32,000 nucleotides of DNA from Actinopolyspora sp. H202 (GTDB lineage: Bacteria; Actinomycetota; Actinomycetes; Mycobacteriales; Pseudonocardiaceae). The stretch lies in NCBI RefSeq assembly GCF_051225635.1, contig NZ_JBMIHH010000009.1, positions 167,835-199,834 of the forward strand, written 5' to 3'. The notes under the pieces were generated by a model. The model was not told the origin of the DNA and did not search any database. It saw nothing but the letters and a program-made list of their open reading frames with translations. Within the stretch, counting starts at the first letter, position 1, and each line of letters begins with the position of its first letter. This document shows, piece after piece, positions 10,375-16,898 of the stretch. The position numbers and the translations under genes are program-made.

Positions 10375-11106
10375 GTGATGGTGTCCGAGGCCGCATCGAA
10401 CAGGCGTTCTCCCTGGCAGGAACGCATGCGCGAGCGGACAGCCAACGAGATCAGGCAGAGCGCGGCGAAGCTGCTCAACGAACAGGGCATCGACGCCGTG
10501 TCCATACGTGCTGTAGCAAGAGAGCTCGGCATGAGTTCACCCGCGATATACAGATATTTCAGTAACCACGAGGACCTCGTGAACGCGGTCATCATCGACG
10601 TGTTCGAGGACCTCAACAAGTACCTGAGCGACGAAGCGGACGCGGTCTCGAACGTGGAGGACAAGATCGTCACTGCCAGCTGGGCGTTTCGGGAGTGGGC
10701 CGTCGCGCATCAGCGCGAGTTCGAGCTGATCCTGCATCATCCGCTTCCGCCTCGGATTCCCGAGGAAGTGGTCAACGCCCGGTGGAAGTTCGGGGCCACG
10801 TTCATGCAGCTGTTCGCCAGGCTCTGGTACGAGCGCGGTTACGCCACTCCCGCTCCGGAGGACATGACCGAGCAGCAGCACACCGTGGTCGAACGCTTCC
10901 GCTCGAACACCGGGGGAGCTTTCGATCTCCCCCCTGAGGCGTTGCTGGTCTTCATCCGCAACTGGAGCAAGCTCTACGGTGTGGTCTCGATGGAGGCCAT
11001 GGGGCAGAACACCATGATGGGCGACGCCGCCAACCTGGTGTTCGACATGGAACTGGCGGAGATGGGCGACGCTTTGGGAGTGCCCCGACGGCCCCCGCAC
11101 AAATGA
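10375..11106 (+). CDS. TetR/AcrR-family transcriptional regulator
   Basis: The N-terminal helix-turn-helix is RERTANEIRQSAAKLLNEQGIDAVSIRAVARELGMSSPAIYRYFSNHEDL (TetR_N signature). The C-terminal ligand-binding region is alpha-helical. The start is GTG 10375 or ATG 10378. Confidence 0.85.
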   Translation: MMVSEAASNRRSPWQERMRERTANEIRQSAAKLLNEQGIDAVSIRAVARELGMSSPAIYRYFSNHEDLVNAVIIDVFEDLNKYLSDEADAVSNVEDKIVTASWAFREWAVAHQREFELILHHPLPPRIPEEVVNARWKFGATFMQLFARLWYERGYATPAPEDMTEQQHTVVERFRSNTGGAFDLPPEALLVFIRNWSKLYGVVSMEAMGQNTMMGDAANLVFDMELAEMGDALGVPRRPPHK

Positions 11107-11143
11107 GTGGTCGGCAGGTCGAACACGACTGGCCCGCTGGCCG

Positions 11144-11173
11144 CACTGCTCCTGGCGGGCTCCCGGAGCAGTG
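11144..11173. terminator. Hairpin between convergent TetR and membrane-protein genes
   Basis: A 9-bp stem cactgctcc (11144-11152) / ggagcagtg (11165-11173) encloses a 12-nt loop. No T-tract follows. Confidence 0.35.
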
Positions 11174-11250
11174 TCGGGCAAAGTCCCGAGCGGACGATGC
11201 GATCCCAGCGGTCCGAGTCCCGCGGGCCACCAGGTGCCGGAGTGCTCAGC

Positions 11251-11694
11251 TCAGGCGATCAGCAGGCCGATCCCGAGCGTGACGACTCCCAGCGCCAGAA
11301 TCGCGGCACCGAGCCAAACCACGGCGATCATGCCGTTGGGCCGTGTCACGTCCCGACCCGCCGAGGACAGATAGAACCCGAGGGGCATCAACACGGCGGC
11401 CACCGGAACGCCGAGCCTCGCCACCCAGCCGAACGCACCGTCGACAGCCGCCGCGTCCGCCAGTATCAGGCATACCAGACTCAACGTGACCAGCATGCCC
11501 GCGTGTCCGTGCATGGCACGTGCGAACGCTCGTTGGAAATCGGTCATGGGAACATCACCGCGGACGATGCGCGAGACGAACCATCCGCCGAACTCGATCG
11601 TGACGATCGTCAGCAGGACTACTCCCGCGATGTACTGCGATTCGGGACTCAAGGCCAGGGTGGACAACTCTGCTGCGCTCCTCTGTGAATCCAT
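11251..11694 (-). CDS. Small integral membrane protein (about 4 TM), function unknown
   Basis: The 147-aa protein has four hydrophobic stretches: YIAGVVLLTIVTIEFGGWFV, AGMLVTLSLVCLILA, LGVPVAAVLMPLGFYL and MIAVVWLGAAILALGVVTLGIGLLIA. Third-position GC is high. I recognise no family. Confidence 0.6.
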   Translation of the reverse strand: MDSQRSAAELSTLALSPESQYIAGVVLLTIVTIEFGGWFVSRIVRGDVPMTDFQRAFARAMHGHAGMLVTLSLVCLILADAAAVDGAFGWVARLGVPVAAVLMPLGFYLSSAGRDVTRPNGMIAVVWLGAAILALGVVTLGIGLLIA

Positions 11695-11969
11695 TGCGGA
11701 ACTTGCTCGTGTGGTGGACCGATCCGCACGGTGTGCGAAAGCCCCGCTTTCGCTGCCGCGAGCTCGTGGTGGCTCACGAGCTTCGCCGGGTGGGCGTCAC
11801 GCGAGTCGAGGTGGTCCGAGCCGCCTCGGTCGGTTACGTCCGCCGGAGGAATCATCGACACGTTTTTCGGTGTGCGGTCGTGGTGCAGCGCCGATTCCCG
11901 GTGGGGAACCGAGATACCGTAGTGGGGTTCGTACTTTCGGTTCTCCCGGTTTTCCCGCGGCACGGTCAC
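11649..11969 (-). CDS. Possible small hydrophilic His-rich protein (106 aa), speculative
   Basis: GTG 11969 overlaps the upstream gene's TGA in a GTGA junction. The first ~80 codons have high third-position GC by eye, and the product (VTVPRENRENRKYEPHYGISVPHRESALHHDRTPKN...) is hydrophilic. Its 3' end overlaps the next gene's start by 46 nt, and I recognise no family. Confidence 0.25.
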   Translation of the reverse strand: MTVPRENRENRKYEPHYGISVPHRESALHHDRTPKNVSMIPPADVTDRGGSDHLDSRDAHPAKLVSHHELAAAKAGLSHTVRIGPPHEQVPQWIHRGAQQSCPPWP

Positions 11970-12490
11970 TCTTGGTCGCGAACTTGTTGCGCGTTCTCCT
12001 GGTGCGCTTCGTAAGGGGTTTCCCGTGGGGCTACTGTGGTCGCTCCGGAGCCTTCCTGCACCGGTGCTTCGGTGAATCTACCCATACCGAATTCGGGCAT
12101 GTTCCGGTAGATGATGTGCATCTCATTCGGATGAGTGACGTAAGCTTCGTGGAAGACCCCGACACTGCCGTCCACGCCCACCCGGCGGTTGAAATTCCGC
12201 CACGCCGGCACGTGTTCCTGGTCGGCGCTGCGGGCATAGGCCATCAGATGGTCCATGTCCTTCCAGTACTCGACCAGCAGTGTCGTCCGCCCGAACCAGA
12301 CGTGGTAGCCCAACATGCCCAGCTCCGGTTGTTTCCGCAGCTCGACGAGCATCGGTGGCATCGCCAGGAAACTCGGCAACCAGCGGTGAATCTTCCACCA
12401 TTTGTTGATTCGCATTCCTATCAGGAAGACGACGGTACCGTCGGGTACGTCGGCGGTGCGTCGTCCACCAGTAGGGGAGTTGCGTCCCAT
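11966..12490 (-). CDS. DUF4188-like (monooxygenase-fold) protein
   Basis: The core VVFLIGMRINKWWKIHRWLPSFLAMPPMLVELRKQPELGMLGYHVWFGRTTLLVEYWKDMDHLMAYARSADQEHVPAWRNFNRRVG matches my recollection of DUF4188. I prefer the start ATG 12490 because GGAGG lies 8 nt upstream; ATG 12514 is the alternative. The tracked ORF extension to 12718 overlaps the ALDH gene and is rejected. Confidence 0.7.
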   Translation of the reverse strand: MGRNSPTGGRRTADVPDGTVVFLIGMRINKWWKIHRWLPSFLAMPPMLVELRKQPELGMLGYHVWFGRTTLLVEYWKDMDHLMAYARSADQEHVPAWRNFNRRVGVDGSVGVFHEAYVTHPNEMHIIYRNMPEFGMGRFTEAPVQEGSGATTVAPRETPYEAHQENAQQVRDQE

Positions 12491-12563
12491 CGCTGTCACC
12501 TCCGCGTTGGACATGCGTAATCGATTCCCGCGAGCACTTCGTCGTTTTGATTCCGGGGTATTC

Positions 12564-14045
12564 TCAGAAAACGAACGGTCTGCCCGGTTCGGTGACGGTC
12601 GTGGTTCGCCAGGTGCTGAATGTCTCGACACTCGCGACACCACCGAAACCTCCGCCGTTACCGGACGTCCCGAAACCACCGAACGGCAATCGTGGTTCAC
12701 TGTTGACGGTCTGGTCACCGATGTGCACCATTGCGGCCCGCAATCTCTGCGCGATGGCCCGGCCCCGCTCCACCGAACCGCTCCGTACAGCCGCGGCCAA
12801 GCCGTACTCGGAGGCGTTCGCCAGCCTCACCGCCTCACTCTCGTGGTCGACGATCGTCACCGCCGCGACGGGACCGAAGATCTCCTCGGCGAATGCCGGA
12901 CTCCCGTACGGCACGTCGGTCAGCACCGTCGGCGGGTAGTACGGCGCCGCCGCCTCCCTGGAGGTCAGCTTCCGTGCCCCCGCCTCGACCGAGGTGCTCA
13001 CGATGGACGTGATCCGGTCGTGCTGTGTCCGGTTGATGATCGGTCCGACCTGTGTGTTCGGATCGTGCGGATCACTCACCACCAGACTCTCCGCGCGTTC
13101 CACCAGCGCGTGCAGATAGTCATCGGCGACCGAGCGATGCACCAGATGGCGCCCGATCCCGATGCACAGCTGTCCCGAGTGGATGAAACTTCCCCAGGCC
13201 CCCGCCTCGGCTGCGCTCTTCGGCTCCGCGTCCTCCGTCACCAGGAACGGGTTGTTGCCGCCCAGTTCGAGCGAGCACTTCTTCAGGCCCGCGCCCGCGC
13301 GGCGTCCCACTTCACGTCCGGCCCGCGTAGAGCCGGTGAAGGACACGCCGGCGACCTCGGGAGCATCGATGATCGCACCGGCCGTCTCGGCACCGCCGGG
13401 CAGCACGGCGAACACGCCGTCGGGTACCCCCGCTTCCCGCAGCACGTGCGCGAGCAGCATCCCGCCGCTCACCGGGGTGTTCGGGTCGGGTTTGAGCAAC
13501 ACCGCGTTGCCCATGGCCAGTGCCGGTCCGACCGAGCGCGTCGCCAACAGCACCGGCATGTTCCAGGGAGTGATCACTCCCACCACTCCGAGCGGGACGC
13601 GATGAGCACCCGCCACCCTGCCCGGCACCGTGCTCTCCGCCTCCACGGCCGTGTCGAGCAACGCGAGTTCGGCGGCCTCGGCCAGCTCCGCCGCACCGCC
13701 CCCCAGTTCCCAACGAGCCTTCGACCACACCGCGCCGGACTCCGCGACCAGCCAACCGGCGAGCTCCTCCCGCTCCCGGGTCAGCAGCCCGGCCGCGCGC
13801 CGCAGCACCTCCGCCCTGCTCTCGGCCGGAAGAGACCACCATTCCCGCTGCGCCTCGGCGGCTCGCGCCGCGGTCTCCGCCGTTTGCGTGGCGTCCGGGA
13901 CGCCCACGGTCAGCAGCTTGCGGCCGCTCACCACCTCCGTGCTTTCCAGGCCGGAAGCGCCCGGTTGCCATCCGGCACCGAAGAAGTTGCCCTCCCAGGA
14001 AGCCACGGGCAGGACGGCCTGCCCGTGCGCGCCTTCGTGCTCCAT
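12564..14045 (-). CDS. NAD(P)+-dependent aldehyde dehydrogenase
   Basis: ALDH superfamily motifs are present: FTGSTRAGREVG, the catalytic Glu in LELGGNNPFLV, the catalytic Cys in GQLCIGIGRHLV, then EEIFGPV and PFGGFGTSGNG. RBS GGAGGGGG lies 7 nt upstream of ATG 14045. Confidence 0.9.
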   Translation of the reverse strand: MEHEGAHGQAVLPVASWEGNFFGAGWQPGASGLESTEVVSGRKLLTVGVPDATQTAETAARAAEAQREWWSLPAESRAEVLRRAAGLLTREREELAGWLVAESGAVWSKARWELGGGAAELAEAAELALLDTAVEAESTVPGRVAGAHRVPLGVVGVITPWNMPVLLATRSVGPALAMGNAVLLKPDPNTPVSGGMLLAHVLREAGVPDGVFAVLPGGAETAGAIIDAPEVAGVSFTGSTRAGREVGRRAGAGLKKCSLELGGNNPFLVTEDAEPKSAAEAGAWGSFIHSGQLCIGIGRHLVHRSVADDYLHALVERAESLVVSDPHDPNTQVGPIINRTQHDRITSIVSTSVEAGARKLTSREAAAPYYPPTVLTDVPYGSPAFAEEIFGPVAAVTIVDHESEAVRLANASEYGLAAAVRSGSVERGRAIAQRLRAAMVHIGDQTVNSEPRLPFGGFGTSGNGGGFGGVASVETFSTWRTTTVTEPGRPFVF

Positions 14046-14215
14046 CGCCGTTCCCCCTCCGAGCGGATCCCAGTCCTCGCGTTACCCACAGAACCCGCGT
14101 GAAGACCCGCTGATACATGAAACCGCGAAATCACCCGAGTCCCCACCGCACACGGCGGGCGTGTCCGGGTGGAAGCCGGTGGGGAAGCGGTCGTACGAGA
14201 AAAAATTCGCGGAAG

Positions 14216-14250
14216 GTGTATCTGTGTATCGCTCGCGGACTCTGTGTTGG
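14216..14250. promoter_or_regulatory. Direct-repeat motif cluster in the divergent ALDH / oxidoreductase intergenic region
   Basis: GTGTATC-t-GTGTATC occupies 14216-14230, and TCTGTGT recurs at 14221 and 14241, 20 nt apart. An A6 tract lies just upstream at 14200-14205. This is a candidate regulator binding site. Confidence 0.3.
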
Positions 14251-14289
14251 CGAAGTCCCCCTGACGAGGGTCCGGTTGAAAGGGGAACG

Positions 14290-15600
14290 GTGACACCACG
14301 TACAGCAGTGATCGGTGGCGGGATAGCCGGTTTGTCGGCTGCCTACCATCTCCGCGACGAAACGCACGTGACTCTGTTCGAGTCCGATTCCGCTCTTGGG
14401 GGACACGCCTACACCGTCGAAGTCGAGGAAAACGGCCGAACAACGGGGCTAGACACCGCGTTCATCGTTTACAACGCGCCGCACTACCCGAAGATCGCCA
14501 ACTTTTTCGACGAACTGGGAGTGGAGACACAGGATCACCCCGGAAGATTCAGCTTTTTCGATCTCGACACGGGGTCGAGCTACGTCTCGGACGACTTCGA
14601 GCTGACCGAGGAACAGGTCAGACAGCGTTATCCCGCGGACTTTCTGGAGCTGTGGCGCGAAGCCAAACGCTTCTACACGGAGTCTCCCAAGCACTTCATG
14701 CGCAAGCAGGCGGACATGCCGCTCGGCGAGTACTTGGACCGCAACGGTTACAGCGAGTCGTTCCGGTACGGTTTCGTCGTCCTGATAGCCACCGCCGCCT
14801 GGTCCGTGCCCGCCGACAAGATCTGGGAGATGCCCGCCAGCACCGTGATCGCGTTCTTCTTCGCGCACGGTGCGGAGGGGCTCGGCGGCAGGACCGTGCC
14901 CTGGCGCACGGTCACCGGCGGCAGCGTCAACTACGTACGCGCGGTGCGACGTGCCCTCGACGAGGCCGGCGCACAGGTGCGGCTGTCCTGTCCGGTGATG
15001 GGGGTGGAGGAGCGGCCCGACGGTGTCGCCGTTCGCACCGAACGCGGTGAGCTGGACGTTTTCGATCACGTCGTGCTCGCCACCCACGCCGATGACTCGA
15101 TGGCGATGCTGCGTCGACCGAATCCGCGGCAGCGCGAACTCGCGGCGGTGCGCTACCACCCCACCAGGGCGACACTGCACACCGACAGCGCTGTCATGCC
15201 CTCCGATCGCACGGTGTGGCGGAGCTGGAACTACGGCAGGGTCGGCGACGGTGAGGAGTACAACTCCTGGGTCGTGTACTACCTCAACGATCTGCAGCAG
15301 ATCCCCGGGGACACCGACTACTTCCTCACGCTCGACTCGGGCGTGCCGATCAGGGACGAGGCGGTGATCGAGGAGATCTCGTACCGTCACCCCGTTTTCG
15401 ACATCGGGGCTCGTCGGTTGCAACACGACATATATTCGATCAACGAGAGCAGTCGACGGGTAAAATTCGCCGGTTCCTATTTCCACTCCCGCAAGATGGG
15501 GCCGGACATCATCGGTTCGCACGAGTCGGCATTCGATTCCGGTCAGGCGGCCGCGGAATCCGTACTTCGATCGGTCGCCGAGCCGGAACCCGCGCGCTGA
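14290..15600 (+). CDS. FAD/NAD(P)-binding oxidoreductase, amine-oxidase-like fold (COG2907-type)
   Basis: The N-terminal dinucleotide fold is TAVIGGGIAGLSAAYHLRDETHVTLFESDSALGGHAYTV, followed by GLDTAFIVYNAPHYPKIANFFDELGV. The start is GTG 14290 with a purine-rich aaaggggaa upstream. The tracked ORF extension back to 13630 is antisense to the ALDH gene and is rejected. Confidence 0.85.
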   Translation: MTPRTAVIGGGIAGLSAAYHLRDETHVTLFESDSALGGHAYTVEVEENGRTTGLDTAFIVYNAPHYPKIANFFDELGVETQDHPGRFSFFDLDTGSSYVSDDFELTEEQVRQRYPADFLELWREAKRFYTESPKHFMRKQADMPLGEYLDRNGYSESFRYGFVVLIATAAWSVPADKIWEMPASTVIAFFFAHGAEGLGGRTVPWRTVTGGSVNYVRAVRRALDEAGAQVRLSCPVMGVEERPDGVAVRTERGELDVFDHVVLATHADDSMAMLRRPNPRQRELAAVRYHPTRATLHTDSAVMPSDRTVWRSWNYGRVGDGEEYNSWVVYYLNDLQQIPGDTDYFLTLDSGVPIRDEAVIEEISYRHPVFDIGARRLQHDIYSINESSRRVKFAGSYFHSRKMGPDIIGSHESAFDSGQAAAESVLRSVAEPEPAR

Positions 15601-15626
15601 AAGAAGAGCACCCACTCCTCCGAACC

Positions 15627-15635
15627 ATCTGTATC
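15627..15635. promoter_or_regulatory. ATCTGTATC motif upstream of the carrier-protein gene, related to the 14220-14230 motif
   Basis: ATCTGTATC (15627-15635) compares with ATCTGTGTATC (14220-14230). It sits in an 81-nt comparatively AT-rich spacer that also contains ctaga-gta-ctaga. Confidence 0.25.
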
Positions 15636-15681
15636 TAGAGTACTAGAACAGTTTTCGTCCATATCCGCAGGAGGGATACCT

Positions 15682-15957
15682 GTGTCCGAAAACGGGCAGA
15701 AAACGCTCACGGCCGAAGGTGTACGCGAATGGCTCGTGGAAAAAGTGGCGCATCGTCTCGACATCGGTGCCGACCAGATAGATGTCAACCAGTACTTCGA
15801 CGAATTCAACCTCGATTCGACGGAGGCGCTGGTCCTCTCCGGGGAGTTGGAGAACTGGCTCGGTTTCGAGCTGGAGACCACCGCCCTGTGGTATCACCCG
15901 ACGATCGCCGAACTGTCCGAGTACATCGTGGAAGTACGTGACGCGAATGCGGCCTGA
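15682..15957 (+). CDS. Discrete acyl/peptidyl carrier protein (phosphopantetheine-binding)
   Basis: The 91-aa protein carries the attachment motif FNLDSTEALVLSGELENWLG and the C-terminal helix WYHPTIAELSEYI. RBS AGGAGG lies 7 nt upstream of GTG 15682. Confidence 0.8.
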   Translation: MSENGQKTLTAEGVREWLVEKVAHRLDIGADQIDVNQYFDEFNLDSTEALVLSGELENWLGFELETTALWYHPTIAELSEYIVEVRDANAA

Positions 15958-16831
15958 CTCCCCCCGGCCGCTGATTCGACGGGTCGATGAGCGGACCGGT
16001 GCCGAACACCCGCTGGTGCTGGTGCACCCCGGCGCGCTGCGTGCCGACGTCTACGGGCGGATCGGTGAGAACCTCCCCGAGGACCGAAGTCTGCACGTGA
16101 TCGACATGGAGGCGATCGACGAGTACTACGCCGCGGCGTTCGGTCAGTGGTACGGCGACGTCTCGGTGGAGAGCCTGGCCACCACCGTAATCGGCGCGCT
16201 CCGCGACGCGATCGGCGAACCGGCCGGTGGTTGGACCCTCGCCGGGTGGTCCTTCGGCGGTGTGATCGCGCACTCCGCGGCGGGCATGCTCGATGCCTCG
16301 GAACCGCCCGAGCGGTTGGTGCTGCTGGACAGCATCGCGCCGGTCCCCGGCTACCTCCGTGCTCCTGACGAGGAGTTGGAACCCGAACTGGTGCTGCCCT
16401 GGTTCGGGTTCTATCTGGGAGCCAGGCGTGGTGTGGACATCCCGGAAGCCGACTACTCCGATGTCGACCTCGTCGACGGTCTGCGACGACTGCTCGAACT
16501 GGCGATCGAGGCCGGCGCGCTGCCCTCCGGAACGACCTACCCCGGCCTCCGCAAGGTCTTCGACACCTACAACGCCGGACTGCTGCGCAACAACCGCATC
16601 ACCCGGGGACACCGCCCGATCGCCTGCCGCGCGCCGGTCACGCTGGTTCGGCCGCGCTCGGGATTGCTGGACACGCCACGACCTCTGGGTTGGGAACAAC
16701 TCCACGACGACGTCGACGTGGTGCGTTGTCCCGGAAACCACTACTCGATGCTCAGCGAGCACGAGCCGGCGAGCCTGATCGCCTCGGCACTCGTCGAACC
16801 GCGGTCCCGGGCTCTCGGAGAACCCGCCTGA
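15947..16831 (+). CDS. Alpha/beta-hydrolase thioesterase (PKS/NRPS TE-type)
   Basis: PLVLVHPGALRADVY is followed by the nucleophile elbow LAGWSFGGVIAH (GxSxG) and the C-terminal His motif CPGNHYSMLSEH. ATG 15947 overlaps the carrier-protein gene by 11 nt; GTG 15938 is an alternative start. Confidence 0.8.
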   Translation: MRPDSPRPLIRRVDERTGAEHPLVLVHPGALRADVYGRIGENLPEDRSLHVIDMEAIDEYYAAAFGQWYGDVSVESLATTVIGALRDAIGEPAGGWTLAGWSFGGVIAHSAAGMLDASEPPERLVLLDSIAPVPGYLRAPDEELEPELVLPWFGFYLGARRGVDIPEADYSDVDLVDGLRRLLELAIEAGALPSGTTYPGLRKVFDTYNAGLLRNNRITRGHRPIACRAPVTLVRPRSGLLDTPRPLGWEQLHDDVDVVRCPGNHYSMLSEHEPASLIASALVEPRSRALGEPA

Positions 16832-16898
16832 ACTCCCCACCCGATCCGCCGAAAACCAACGGGCACGCCCGATCGCCCGTCTACCGCTGGGAAGCAAC

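Noticed and set aside
12402-14289. A plus-strand 566-aa ORF (12402-14102) and the N-terminal 220 codons of the tracked ORF 13630-15600.
   Set aside because: Both are antisense to the aldehyde dehydrogenase gene, which carries full ALDH motifs. The oxidoreductase's Rossmann motif begins only after GTG 14290, which has its own purine-rich RBS. The upstream extension is S/A/P-rich filler.
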